A stretch of 60,816 nucleotides of DNA from an uncultured Armatimonadia bacterium (lineage in GTDB: Bacteria; Armatimonadota; Zipacnadia; UBA1398): contig CAZRDB010000004.1 in assembly GCA_964598695.1 (NCBI GenBank), positions 1 to 60,816 of the forward strand. The letters are read 5' to 3'. The position numbers and the translations under genes are program-made. Positions 29,275-39,315 of the stretch are shown here, piece after piece; positions within the stretch are counted from its first letter, which is position 1; every line of letters begins with the position of its first letter. Under the pieces are notes generated by a model, which was not told the DNA's origin, did not search any database, and saw only the letters and a program-made list of their open reading frames with translations.

Positions 29275-30588
29275 CTAGGGCTGCGGCTCGCGCCGGAGCA
29301 CCTGGACGCAGCAGTGGGCCGCTCCGTAGCCGCCCGTCAGGTTGTGGAAGTCCATCCAAGTGGCGTCGACGCCCGTCAGGCGCGAGCGGTACTCCTGCGA
29401 GACGCCGTCGATCGCGAGGATCCGCTCGGGACCGACGCAGAGGAAGTTGACGCCATAGCGGAGCTGATCCGCGTTGGGGACGGGGATCAGCGTCATGCCC
29501 ATCTCGTTCTCCAGGAAGGCCTGGAAGTCGCCGTCGGCCGTACGGAGGGCGTAGTGGTCCTCGTCCCACTCGTAGACATCGACCGTGCACCGGCGCTCGG
29601 GCAGGGCCGGCTTCACGACCCGGCCCTCGGCGTCGCGAACATCCATCCGCTCCTCGACGAGCACGGCGCGGGTGGGACCGAGGAGATTGAAGAAGGTGTC
29701 GAGGTGCATCTGGTCCTGCTTCTGCCACGGGTCCTTGACCACGACCACGCGCCTCGTGCCGAACACGGCGTGTGTGAGGAGCTGCCGGACGCCCTCGGCG
29801 TTGGTGCGAAGCCCCTGGCCGAGGAACGCCGTCTCGCCCGCGGGGAGGAAGTCTCCTCCCTCGAGCCTCCCGTCACCCGTGACCTCATAGATCGGCTCGA
29901 CGCCCAGCTTGCCGAGCACGAAGCGGAGGATCCGTGTCTCGACGGCCCGCTGCTCGGAGTTCATGCGGGCCATCACCACGCCGCGCGCTGTGGTGATCTG
30001 CTGGTCGCGGCAGAAGTACAGGTTCATCACCGGCGCCAGCTCGTAGGTGGCCGTGTACCGCGTGTTGGGGACCAGGCTGGGCCGCAGCCGCACGGTCGGG
30101 CAGTCGAGGATCGCGCGGACCAGCGCGGACGGGTGCAGCGCCGCGATGACCCCCTCGATGTACCGCGTCTGCTCGGCCTGCTCCTCGATGGGCAACGCGC
30201 TCGCGTCGATGGTCACGAACCCCCGCGCGAAGGCCCGTAGCTCGTCGAGCGCCGGCCCCGGCAGGGGATGGCCCGTCGCGTCGACGGTCCCCGCAAGCAG
30301 CGTCGCGACGACCGTGTGAACGCGGGCGCCCCGGGCCTCGAGCAGTTCGATGTACCGCCGGTGCTCGGTCGCGGCGCCCTCGAGGTCGAAGGGCCGCTCG
30401 AACAGGGCCGCCTCGGGGTGGAGAACTCCCAGGAACAGCTCCTCGCCCGGCGTGTGGAGCAGCACCTCGACCGGCCGATCCCACTCGGCCCGGCACCCGA
30501 CCTGCAGCCCGCCTTGGCCGGCGGCCAGGGGGGCGAGCAGCAGCAGCAGGAGCGCGCCCAGCGCGCGCGTACGTGCGGGGGAGACCAT
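29275..30588 (-). CDS. arginine deiminase / amidinotransferase-superfamily protein with N-terminal signal peptide
   Basis: GAGAGGAG RBS. N-terminus MVSPARTRALGALLLLLLAPLAAGQGG. ADI-like N-terminal LHTPGEEL and C-terminal GGYGAAHCCVQVL (His-Cys catalytic pair region). Confidence 0.75.
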   Translation of the reverse strand: MVSPARTRALGALLLLLLAPLAAGQGGLQVGCRAEWDRPVEVLLHTPGEELFLGVLHPEAALFERPFDLEGAATEHRRYIELLEARGARVHTVVATLLAGTVDATGHPLPGPALDELRAFARGFVTIDASALPIEEQAEQTRYIEGVIAALHPSALVRAILDCPTVRLRPSLVPNTRYTATYELAPVMNLYFCRDQQITTARGVVMARMNSEQRAVETRILRFVLGKLGVEPIYEVTGDGRLEGGDFLPAGETAFLGQGLRTNAEGVRQLLTHAVFGTRRVVVVKDPWQKQDQMHLDTFFNLLGPTRAVLVEERMDVRDAEGRVVKPALPERRCTVDVYEWDEDHYALRTADGDFQAFLENEMGMTLIPVPNADQLRYGVNFLCVGPERILAIDGVSQEYRSRLTGVDATWMDFHNLTGGYGAAHCCVQVLRREPQP

Positions 30589-30634
30589 CGGGGCTCACGA
30601 CTCCTCTCACGTCACGCCGCCGTTGTGCGGCGGC

Positions 30635-32044
30635 CTACCTCGGGGTGATCCGCAGCACGAAGGCATGGTCGCAGGGCTTCTCCGCGGGGAGCTTCGCGCG
30701 CAGGGCGTCCGGGTCGCGCCGCCACTCGAGCGGCTGCCCGAAGCCGATCAGGCGGACCTCGCCGATCTCGTCCGGGAACAACCGCAGGTTCGAGCCGAGG
30801 CTGCGGAGGACGGCCTCCCCGCCCTGCGGCCAGGCGAGCAGCGTCGCGTAGAGCGTCCGTCCCTTCGTCGTGAAGCGCACGTCCTCGCCCGTGAACGCCG
30901 CGCGCTGCGTGTCGGTGAAGCCGCCCTCGACCACGCGCGTCGGACCCTCGCCGTAGACCTTCCACGGCCGCGAGCCGTAGATCGCCTCTCCGTTGAGCCA
31001 CAGCCAGCGGCCGACCTCGAGGAGGATCGCCTCATCACCCTCGGGGATCGTCCCATCGGGCCGCGGGCCGATGTTGAGCAACAGCGCGCCGTTCTTGCTG
31101 ACGATGTCGACCAAGTCCTGGACGATCGAGCCGGGGCTCTTGTAGTCCTGCCCCTCGATGTAGCCCCAGGAGTTGCGCGAGACGGCGGTGTCGGTCTGCC
31201 AGAAGCAGGGGCGGGTGTCGCCGAGCTGGCCGCGCTCGACGTCGTAGACGGCGGCCTCGACGGGCATCGCCTCGTTCTTGTAGTTGATCGCGACGCCGCG
31301 GTTCCACTGGGCCCCCCGGTTGTAGTAGTAGGCCGCGAACCGCTTGAGGTGCTCGGCGAAGGCCGGCTGCTCGATCCACCAATCGAACCAGACGATCTGC
31401 GGCTCGTACCGGTCGACCAGCTCGATGAGCCGGGCGAGCCAGTCGTCGAGGAACTCCTCGTTCGGCTCCATCTTCTCGGGCTGCGCGGGGCCGTAGAGGC
31501 CCGTGTAGCGCGGATCCTGCACGTCCGACGGGTAGGCCATCCCGCCGTCGAAGAACCACCAGTGCTCGGCCCGGTGGCTCGAGAGGCCGAAGACCATCCA
31601 CTCCTCGCGCACGGCCTTGGCCAACTCGCCGATCAGGTCGCGCTTGGGGCCCATCTTGGCGGCGCACCACTCGGTGAGCTGGCTCTCGTACATCGCGAAG
31701 CCGTCGTGGTGCTCCGCGACCGGCACCACGAACTTCGCCCCGGCCCGGCGAAAGAGGTTGGCCCAGGCGGCCGGGTCGTAGCGCTCGGCCGTTAGCTGCG
31801 GGATGAAGTCCTTGTAGCCGAACTCGGTGTGCGGGCCGTATGTGGCGAGGTGGTGCTCGTACTCCCGGCTCCCCTGGAGGTACATCTGGCGCGGGTACCA
31901 CTCGTTGCCGAACGCGGGGACCGAGTACACCCCCCAGTGGATGAAGATGCCGAACTTGCCGTCCTGGTACCACTGTGGAACGGTGTAGCGGCGGAGCGAT
32001 TCCCAGGTGGGCTCGAAGGGTCCCTCGGGCAGCGTGAACCGCAT
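30635..32044 (-). CDS. alpha-L-fucosidase (GH29)
   Basis: WYQDGKFGIFIHWGVYSVPAFGNEWY is the classic GH29 N-terminal motif. GAGGAGG RBS. Confidence 0.9.
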   Translation of the reverse strand: MRFTLPEGPFEPTWESLRRYTVPQWYQDGKFGIFIHWGVYSVPAFGNEWYPRQMYLQGSREYEHHLATYGPHTEFGYKDFIPQLTAERYDPAAWANLFRRAGAKFVVPVAEHHDGFAMYESQLTEWCAAKMGPKRDLIGELAKAVREEWMVFGLSSHRAEHWWFFDGGMAYPSDVQDPRYTGLYGPAQPEKMEPNEEFLDDWLARLIELVDRYEPQIVWFDWWIEQPAFAEHLKRFAAYYYNRGAQWNRGVAINYKNEAMPVEAAVYDVERGQLGDTRPCFWQTDTAVSRNSWGYIEGQDYKSPGSIVQDLVDIVSKNGALLLNIGPRPDGTIPEGDEAILLEVGRWLWLNGEAIYGSRPWKVYGEGPTRVVEGGFTDTQRAAFTGEDVRFTTKGRTLYATLLAWPQGGEAVLRSLGSNLRLFPDEIGEVRLIGFGQPLEWRRDPDALRAKLPAEKPCDHAFVLRITPR

Positions 32045-32111
32045 TGCGCGCCTCCTCGGTGGTGAGTGTTGGGGAGTGTGGTTCGCGCGCGTGGCCCGAA
32101 GGCCTGCGCCC

Positions 32112-33164
32112 TCACGCGCGCCGGAGCAGGTACGCGCACGGGCGGAGGTTCGAGAGGATGGTCGCGACCGTCCGCTCGAGCTTGAGCCCGGGGGTCCGGT
32201 GGAGCACGCTCTGCATCAGCCGCCGCTCGGTCGTGTAGAGCACCGCGCGCCCCCCTGGGCGGAGCACCCGGACCAGTTCCCGGATGAGCCCCGGGTAGAG
32301 GTGGCGGTTGCTCGTGTGGGTGCCCGTCCGACGGCCGAAGGGCAGGTCGCTCACGACGCGGTCGAGGCTCTCGGCGGCGAGCGGCAGGGCACGCGCATCC
32401 CACCGCGCAAGCCCGACCGGCGCCTCGGCGAACTGCGCGTTCCGCCGGGCGAGCGCCAGCTCGTTGGCCGAGATGTCGCCGCCGAGCGCCGTGAGGTGCG
32501 GCCAGCCGAGCACGGCCTCGATGGGGATGGTGCCGGCGCCACAGGCGGGGTCGAGCAGCACCGTGCCGTGGGCCGGGTCGGCGAGCCACGCCAGCGAGTA
32601 GGCGACGCTGGCTTTGAGGGTCGTGTGGCCCGTCCCGACGCGGTTGCGCCGGTGGAGACTGCCCTCGGTGGTCAGCCGGATCCCGAGCAGCAACCGGTCG
32701 TCGGTCTGGTACGCCACAACCTCGATGTCGTGCTCCCGCAGGCTCACCGGCCAGCCGTACCCGGCCACCACCCCCGCCCCGATCGCCGCGGCAACCTCGG
32801 GCGAGCGGTAGTCGTGCTCGCCCGAGCGGTGGGCGGTGACGCGGAAGCGCGGGGGGCCGGCGGTGGGCGGCGAGATCCCCGCCAGCAGCGCCGCGCCGGT
32901 GGCAAGGTCGGTCGCCGCGGCCAGGCCCTCCATCCGTGCCAGCTCGGCACGGTCGGGGCTGAAGCCCTCGTACTGCGCCGCGACGACGTGGATGTGGTTC
33001 ACGGAGCGGAGCGCGAGCACGTCCCGTGGCGCGTGCGCGCTCTCGAAGAAGACCTTGCCGGGCTCGGTCGCACGGACGACGGCACCCGGCAGACGCCAAG
33101 CGACCTCCGCACTGACGACCTCCTCGAAGCCGGCGCAGAGGGTCGCGAAGTAGAGTGTGTTCAC
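32112..33164 (-). CDS. THUMP domain-containing class I SAM-dependent RNA methyltransferase
   Basis: SAM motif I LLDPACGAGTIPIEA and motif IV VSDLPFG, with an N-terminal THUMP-like region. GTG start at 33164, 10 nt after the GYD gene stop. Confidence 0.8.
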   Translation of the reverse strand: MNTLYFATLCAGFEEVVSAEVAWRLPGAVVRATEPGKVFFESAHAPRDVLALRSVNHIHVVAAQYEGFSPDRAELARMEGLAAATDLATGAALLAGISPPTAGPPRFRVTAHRSGEHDYRSPEVAAAIGAGVVAGYGWPVSLREHDIEVVAYQTDDRLLLGIRLTTEGSLHRRNRVGTGHTTLKASVAYSLAWLADPAHGTVLLDPACGAGTIPIEAVLGWPHLTALGGDISANELALARRNAQFAEAPVGLARWDARALPLAAESLDRVVSDLPFGRRTGTHTSNRHLYPGLIRELVRVLRPGGRAVLYTTERRLMQSVLHRTPGLKLERTVATILSNLRPCAYLLRRA

Positions 33165-33174
33165 GTGCGGGGGA

Positions 33175-33432
33175 TCAGAACTCTTGGGCGTCCTGCGCGG
33201 CCATCGTCTCCGTGGTGAAGAGGCCGCCCTTGGTGATCTCCTGCAGGACCCGGTTCGCCGTCTTCATGTCCGGCGCTTCCCAGGCCCACACGAGGTCGTA
33301 GCTCCCGTAGGTGATCCAGGCCAGCGTCGAGCTGACCCCCTCGGGGAGGTCGGACTCCGGCAGTCCACGGAGTTGCTGGAGTCCCTCGCCGGTCTTGCCC
33401 GGAACGATCTTCACGAGCGTGATGAGCTTCAT
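33175..33432 (-). CDS. GYD domain-containing small protein
   Basis: MKLITLVKIVPGKT...ITYGSYDLVWAWEAPD...ETM is typical of the GYD family. GGGAGG RBS before ATG 33432. The ORF-track N-terminal extension was rejected. Confidence 0.7.
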   Translation of the reverse strand: MKLITLVKIVPGKTGEGLQQLRGLPESDLPEGVSSTLAWITYGSYDLVWAWEAPDMKTANRVLQEITKGGLFTTETMAAQDAQEF

Positions 33433-33516
33433 GAGACACCTCCCTGGTGGTCGCCGATCACAGAGGGAGTTCGCGCTCGCGCCGGGGGGCACCTGCCGGA
33501 AGCTCGTTGCCAACTC

Positions 33517-34584
33517 CTACGGCGTCATCGGCGCCGGCGGGGGCGCGGGCAGCGCCGCGCGCTCGCGGAGAACGCCCGCGAACGCGCCCTCCTCGCCGGG
33601 GTCGAGGGTCACCAGGCTGTAGGTCGACTGCTTCGCCCCCGTCGCGTCGGCCGCGGTGACCAGCGAGAGCACCACGGTCAGACCGGGCGTCTCCGAGACG
33701 CCGGGCGGGACGGTCAGGCCGGTCGCCTGGACGAAGCCGAAGCGCCCATCGCGGCAGGAGACGTGGTAGTCGCCGCGCAGGCGGTTCTCCTCGAGCGGGA
33801 GGTCGGGCCGCTCCCATACCGGCACCCGGAGCACCAGCGCCCCGCCGGCATCGGTCATCCGCTCCACCAGCCCCGTGGTGAAGCGGCCGCCGACGCGCAC
33901 GCGGGCCTGCCGCAGCGCCGCGCCCGTCGTGGCGACCAAGCACTCCACGCGCAGGACGCCGTAGGCCGGCATCAGCCGGAGCGAGCCCTCGAGCCCGAGC
34001 GGCGTCGCCGGGTCGGAGGCCAGGTCGCGCCGGACCAGCGGGAGGTAGTCGGGCGAGGCGTGGCCGAGCCACAGCGCGCGCGCATCGAGCGCGCTGGCGC
34101 GCGCGGTGGGGGTGCCGCTCTGGGGGATCGGGATCCAGTACCGTCCGGCGGCATCGGTGAGCGTCGAGCCGAGCACCGTGGCGCCGGTGCCGAGCTGCAC
34201 GGGGGCGTAGGGCACCGGCCGCCCGGTCACCCGGTCGGTGACGGTGCCGCCAACGCCCGCGCCTCGGCTCTGCAAGTAGACGGTGACCGCGCGGCCGGAC
34301 TTGACGCCGACCAGCGTCGCGCCCTCGTGCCACGGGCCCGCCGAGGCCTCCAGGATGAGCACGGGGGCGAAGGTCTCGGTCTCGAGGAGGAAGGCGCCCG
34401 AGGCGTCGCTCCGCGCCTCGGCCCGGACGCCGCCGGGGACGAGCAGACGCAGGCCGACATCGGCGATGGGCATCCGCGTCTCGCGGTCGAGCACCTCCCC
34501 GAGGATGACGACCCGTTCGGCGCGGGCCGGCAGGGCGAGGAGCAGCCCGCAGGCGAGACCGGTGACCCACAACGCGGAGCGCAT
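33517..34584 (-). CDS. secreted carboxypeptidase-regulatory-like (CarboxypepD_reg) repeat protein
   Basis: Signal MRSALWVTGLACGLLLALPARA. Repeated beta-sandwich motifs (GEVLDRETRMPIADVGLRL..., GGTVTDRVTGRPVPYAPVQL...DAAGRYWIPI). Confidence 0.55.
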   Translation of the reverse strand: MRSALWVTGLACGLLLALPARAERVVILGEVLDRETRMPIADVGLRLLVPGGVRAEARSDASGAFLLETETFAPVLILEASAGPWHEGATLVGVKSGRAVTVYLQSRGAGVGGTVTDRVTGRPVPYAPVQLGTGATVLGSTLTDAAGRYWIPIPQSGTPTARASALDARALWLGHASPDYLPLVRRDLASDPATPLGLEGSLRLMPAYGVLRVECLVATTGAALRQARVRVGGRFTTGLVERMTDAGGALVLRVPVWERPDLPLEENRLRGDYHVSCRDGRFGFVQATGLTVPPGVSETPGLTVVLSLVTAADATGAKQSTYSLVTLDPGEEGAFAGVLRERAALPAPPPAPMTP

Positions 34585-34687
34585 GGCGCGTCCACCTCTC
34601 CGGGGCGGGCCTGACGGACCCTACCCGAATCCGTTGTCGGCAGGCGAGCGCTCCGGCTGAAGCGGCATGGGCGCGTCTGCCCCGTCG

Positions 34688-35173
34688 CTAGACGGCCTGC
34701 CGGGCTTCCTCGCAGAGGGCGGCGGTACGCTCCGCGATGCGCTCGAGCACCTCGCGGTCGCGCGGGGTGAAGGGCGCGAGGGCATGGGAGTCGATGTCCA
34801 GCTCGCCGACGATGGCCCCGCCGTGGAAGACGGGCACGACGACCTCGGACTGGACCGTGATGCTGCAGGAGAGGTAGTTGCTCTCCTGGCTGACATCCTG
34901 GACGACGAACGTCTCGCCCGTCTCGGCCGCCTGGCCGCAGATCCCGCGGCCGAAGGGGATCCGGTCGTGGTCGGTCGGGGCGCCGACGAAGGGGCCGAGG
35001 ACCAACTCGCGCGGTGAGGCGGGATCGACCAGGTAGTAGCCGACCCAGTCGTAGTGGGGGACGGTCTCGGCCAACGTCGCGCACACGGCCTGGAGCACCT
35101 CGCGGGCGTCGCCGCCCATCGCGAGGCGGTCCTCGACAGCCGCGAGCGCGGCGCTGAGCAAGTCATCGGTCAT
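34688..35173 (-). CDS. msrC: GAF domain protein, free methionine-(R)-sulfoxide reductase-like
   Basis: GRGICGQAAETGETFVVQDV...YLSCS...SEVVVPVF..GAIVGELDIDS...F resembles E. coli YebR/fRMsr, including the two Cys positions. GGAGG RBS before ATG 35173. The rest of the 393-aa ORF was rejected. Confidence 0.7.
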   Translation of the reverse strand: MTDDLLSAALAAVEDRLAMGGDAREVLQAVCATLAETVPHYDWVGYYLVDPASPRELVLGPFVGAPTDHDRIPFGRGICGQAAETGETFVVQDVSQESNYLSCSITVQSEVVVPVFHGGAIVGELDIDSHALAPFTPRDREVLERIAERTAALCEEARQAV

Positions 35174-35238
35174 CGGGATGCCTCCGTCGCCGTCGCCCTC
35201 TCGGGCCCGCGTGGGCCGAGAGGGGGCGGGTCCTGTCG

Positions 35239-36198
35239 TCAGACGATCCGGATCGCGAACAGCGGGCAGTGGGGCGCGCAGTAGCCGCAGAGGATACAGC
35301 GGTCGGGGTCGACGGTCGACTTGCCCTCCACCAGCGACAGCGCGTCGTTCTCGCAGTGCTCGACGCAGCTCCCGCAGCCGTTGCAGACGAACTGGAGGAT
35401 CGAGAGCTTCTTGGAGTGCAGCGCTGTGGCCTGGGCGAGGTCCTCGGCGATCGGCTCCTGGCGAGCCCAGCGGAGGTTCCACTCGACCTCGGCCGGCGTG
35501 ACCATCCCGAGGGCGAGCAGGTCGATGCACTCCTGACTGAAGACGAAGCCGAGCGCCTCCTCGCGCCGCGCGACGAGGTTGCCGCCTGCGAGCGCCTTCA
35601 TGCCGTAGATCAGCTTGCCCGCTTGGTGGGCATCGCCGATGGCGGCGAGCATCTCGTCCCGGGCGCCGTCGGTGATCCCGAGGCCGGTGAGGTTGACGAG
35701 CGGGTGGATCACATCGATCTCCGGCATCGCGCCAGCGACGCGCACCCCCTCGATCGAGTGGCAGCTCACGCCGACCATCCGGATCCGGCCGGCCGACTTC
35801 GCCTCGAGGAGCGCGTCGAGGCTCGGCCCCCACACCTCCCGGCTGTAGGCCATCCGCGCGCAGTGGCACAGCATGATGTCGATCACGTCACGCTGGAGGC
35901 TTCTCCGCGCCAGCTCGATGTGCTCCCGCGCGAGCGCGCCGTCGTCGCGGGCATGGGTCTTCGTCGAGATCGTCACCTCGCCCGAGAAGCCCTCGAGGCC
36001 GAGCGCGATGTGCTCGTACGTCCCGTAGACCGTAGCGGTGTCGAGGAAGGTGATCCCGCCCTCGACCGCCGCGCGGATGACGCGCGCTCCCTCCCGGGGG
36101 CTCAGGCCGCGCTGCAGGGGGCCCATCGGCAGGGCGCCGAGACCGAGACGGGTGACATTGCGCCCGAGCGCGGGGACGTACCGGGTCGCCAGTTCCAC
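35239..36198 (-). CDS. aldo/keto reductase fused to C-terminal 2x[4Fe-4S] ferredoxin domain (COG1453-type)
   Basis: AKR-like N-terminus (LGLGALPMG...GITFLDTATVYG). C-terminus CNGCGSCVEHC...CILCGYCAPHCP. GTG start at 36198 with an AAGGAG RBS 7 nt upstream. Confidence 0.8.
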   Translation of the reverse strand: MELATRYVPALGRNVTRLGLGALPMGPLQRGLSPREGARVIRAAVEGGITFLDTATVYGTYEHIALGLEGFSGEVTISTKTHARDDGALAREHIELARRSLQRDVIDIMLCHCARMAYSREVWGPSLDALLEAKSAGRIRMVGVSCHSIEGVRVAGAMPEIDVIHPLVNLTGLGITDGARDEMLAAIGDAHQAGKLIYGMKALAGGNLVARREEALGFVFSQECIDLLALGMVTPAEVEWNLRWARQEPIAEDLAQATALHSKKLSILQFVCNGCGSCVEHCENDALSLVEGKSTVDPDRCILCGYCAPHCPLFAIRIV

Positions 36199-36362
36199 GT
36201 CGTGCTCCTTCGTGCCCCCCCGGCGCCCTCTCACGGTTGGGCGCCGACGCGCCCGTTCCTCCCGCCAGGATAGCACCCGGGGAACCGTGCAGGGCGGCTG
36301 ATGTACGCGGCGAACCCAACCGGGCCTGAACCCAGAGCCGCACTCGAGGGGGAGTCCCACCC

Positions 36363-39224
36363 ATGCCCGCATGGATCGCCGCTCTGCTCGGACCGTCGGC
36401 CGTCGTGCTCTCTTCGGTCACGCCCCAACCGGCTGGGTGGCTGCTTCGAACCGACGACACGGCGCTGTTGCTCTCGGCCTCCGACCGTGGTGCCGTCGTC
36501 CGGAACCTCCAAGCGGTTGGCGATGGCTTCGACTGGACCCACGAGGGTCTCGCGGCGCCTCTGCCGGCATCCGTCGAGGTGGACGGGAAGCAGGTCCGCC
36601 TGGAGTGGACGCTCGGGCGCACCGACTGCGCCCCGGAGGACGGGACGGTCACGCTCGAGTACCGCTGCACCGCTCCCCAGCTCGTGTACCGCTCCCACTG
36701 GCGCGCACGGCCGGGCAGGGGCCCGGTCGAAACGTGGGCCGAGCTTGGGAACGCCACGGGGGCCGCGATCGGTGTCGGCTCAATCCCCAGCCTCTCGCTG
36801 CCACGGCTCCAGGCGCCGGAGGGGGCCACCGCCTACTGGATCAAGCGGGGTGCGAGCAACGCGAGCGTCGAGGGCGGAACCTACGCCGTACCCGTGGCGC
36901 CCGCCCTCGACCTCGAGTTGGTCAGCGACCCGATCGACGGCGCGAGTGCGGTCCCGTGGCTCGCGCTGCAGCAGGGCGAGCGGCGCGGCCTCTACGTCGG
37001 CTGGGAGTTCTCCGGCGCCGGCGGCATCCGCGCCACGAGCCGGGCCGACGGCGCCGTGGCTCTGGCGGTGGGCTTCCGCGCGGAGTTCTCCACGGCCCTG
37101 CCGGCAGGCGAGACGCTGGAGATCCCCCCCGCGTTCGTCGGATGCTACCGGGGCGGCGTGGATGACGGTGGCTACTCGCTCCACCGCTTCATCCTCGAGA
37201 AGCTCCGGCCGCCGATGCCCGCGGGCTACCCCGACCCGACCCTCGCCTACAACCTGTTCCTCGACGCCGGTGGGGCGCAGGCGCGGGAGGAGGCCGTCCT
37301 CCGCTGTGCCCGAATCTGCGCGGACCTCGGCTTCGAGACGTTCGTGCCGGACGCGATGTGGTTCCCACAGGTCGGAGACTGGCGGTGGGACCCGGCTCGC
37401 TTCCCGCACGGCGCCGAGGCCGTCGAGCGGCTCACCCACGAGAGCGGCATGAAGCTCGGGATGTGGTGCGCCTGGACCAATGCCGGCAACTCCGCCGAGC
37501 CCGGGGCGCTCAGCGCGCACCGGCAGACCGAGTGGTTCTGCGACCGGGTGGGCGACGACTGGCAGCCGGGCCCGTTCTGGGGCCTCCACCTCTGTCTCGG
37601 CTGCGACGAGGCCCGCGACTGGGCGATCCGGGAGACCGACCGCATCGTCCGCGAGTTCCGTCTCGACTACCTCAAGCACGACATCGAGCCGATCATCACG
37701 CAGTGCAGGCTGGCGGGCCACCGCCACACGAACGCGACCGACGTGAGCTACTGGGCGACGCTCGGTTACTACCGCGTGATGGACGCCCTGCTCGCGAACC
37801 ACCCCGACCTGGTGCTCGAGAACTGCTCGGGCGGCGGCCACATCAAGGACTTCGGCGCCATGAAGCGCGCCCACTACCTCGTCACGACCGACACCCTCTC
37901 CAACCTCCCCGACCGCCAGAGCATCTACGACTCGACCTTCGCCTTCCCACCGCTGTTGCTGCAGGCCTACACCTACGACAACTGCTACCCCGTCGAGGGC
38001 GACGAGCCGGGGCCGTTCCTGTGGCGGAGCGCCATGATGGGCGCCTGGCAGATCGACCCGACCGACGCGCTCAAGTGGGGCGCCGAGGAGAAGGCCGAGG
38101 CCAAGCGCGAGGTCGAGGTCTACAAGCGTTGGATCCGCCCTATCCTCCAGGATGCCAAGGTGCACCACGTCCTCCCGCGGCCCGACGGCACGAGCTGGGA
38201 CGGCCTCTTTCTGTGGAGCGCCGTCCTCCGTCGAGGCACGCTCTACGCGTTCCGTCCCGCGAGCGATCAGCCGGAGAAGACCGTCCGCCTCGCCGGCCTC
38301 GACGCCGACCGCAGCTACTGGGTCTGGAGTGAGGACGGCTCCATCGCCCCCGACCTCCGGACCGGTGGCGAGCTGATGGCCAGGGGGGTCACGCTCCGCC
38401 TGCCGACGCGTTACTCGTGCGACCTGGTCTTCGTCCAGGACAGCCGCGAGGGCGAGCCCGACGGGCTCCGCGCGCCAGGCGCGTTCGGCCTCCGCGAGCC
38501 CCGCGTCGAGGCGGACGCCTTCGCGACGACGGTCGGACTGCGGTGGGAGGCCTCTGAGGGCGCCCGCTCCTACCTTCTGCGCGTCTCCGAGCACGCCGAC
38601 CTCGCGAGCCCTGTGGTCGAGCGGCAGTCCGTGCTCCCCGAGTCGGCGTGCACGGGCCTCGAGCCCGGCCGCACCTACTACTGGTCGGTCAGCGCCGGCG
38701 GCTGGGGCGGAACGACCCCATGCGAGGCTGCGGGCTCGTTCGAGGCGCCCGGCCTCGCACCGACGCCCGGCGTGCGCTTCCTCTCCGCCTGCGAGTGGCT
38801 CTCGGCAACGGCCGGCGCCGACAACCCGGTGCGGCGCGACGTCAACTACGGCGGCAAGAGGCCCACGATCGGAGGGAAGGCGTTCCCCCGCGCGCTGTGG
38901 ACCCACTCATTCGATGACACGACCCCCGCCGACGTGGTGTTCGACGTCTCGGACGATACGGGGGACGAGTTCCGTGCCGAGGTGGGTCTCGACGATGCGA
39001 GCGGCGGAGGCAGCGTCCAGTTCCAGGTGCTCCTCGACGGCGCGCTGGCGGCCGCGACGCCGGTCCTGCGCCCCGGCGAGTGCCGGTCGCTCGCCGTGCC
39101 GCTCGAGGGCGCCCGCCGGCTGACGCTCCGGGTGCTGAACGGCGGCGACGGCTACTCGTGCGACCACTCCGTCTGGGGCTTCGCGCGGATCGTGGCGCCG
39201 GGAGCGGAGGACCCGTGCCTGTAG
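36363..39224 (+). CDS. alpha-galactosidase-like GH36 enzyme with FN3-like and C-terminal NPCBM carbohydrate-binding domains
   Basis: LDYLKHDIEP (nucleophile region) and ENCSGGGHIKDFG are typical of GH36. The C-terminus GGKAFPRALWTHS...VQFQVLLDG...DHSVWGFARIV resembles NPCBM. GGGGGAG RBS. Confidence 0.8.
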   Translation: MPAWIAALLGPSAVVLSSVTPQPAGWLLRTDDTALLLSASDRGAVVRNLQAVGDGFDWTHEGLAAPLPASVEVDGKQVRLEWTLGRTDCAPEDGTVTLEYRCTAPQLVYRSHWRARPGRGPVETWAELGNATGAAIGVGSIPSLSLPRLQAPEGATAYWIKRGASNASVEGGTYAVPVAPALDLELVSDPIDGASAVPWLALQQGERRGLYVGWEFSGAGGIRATSRADGAVALAVGFRAEFSTALPAGETLEIPPAFVGCYRGGVDDGGYSLHRFILEKLRPPMPAGYPDPTLAYNLFLDAGGAQAREEAVLRCARICADLGFETFVPDAMWFPQVGDWRWDPARFPHGAEAVERLTHESGMKLGMWCAWTNAGNSAEPGALSAHRQTEWFCDRVGDDWQPGPFWGLHLCLGCDEARDWAIRETDRIVREFRLDYLKHDIEPIITQCRLAGHRHTNATDVSYWATLGYYRVMDALLANHPDLVLENCSGGGHIKDFGAMKRAHYLVTTDTLSNLPDRQSIYDSTFAFPPLLLQAYTYDNCYPVEGDEPGPFLWRSAMMGAWQIDPTDALKWGAEEKAEAKREVEVYKRWIRPILQDAKVHHVLPRPDGTSWDGLFLWSAVLRRGTLYAFRPASDQPEKTVRLAGLDADRSYWVWSEDGSIAPDLRTGGELMARGVTLRLPTRYSCDLVFVQDSREGEPDGLRAPGAFGLREPRVEADAFATTVGLRWEASEGARSYLLRVSEHADLASPVVERQSVLPESACTGLEPGRTYYWSVSAGGWGGTTPCEAAGSFEAPGLAPTPGVRFLSACEWLSATAGADNPVRRDVNYGGKRPTIGGKAFPRALWTHSFDDTTPADVVFDVSDDTGDEFRAEVGLDDASGGGSVQFQVLLDGALAAATPVLRPGECRSLAVPLEGARRLTLRVLNGGDGYSCDHSVWGFARIVAPGAEDPCL

Positions 39225-39315
39225 CGAGGCGAGGCCGCTCGTCTCCCGGTGTCCGCCGGCACAATAGGGGGGCTGCGGCAGGTCCCCCGCAGGGGTCCGC
39301 CGTAGGAGCCGGCGG

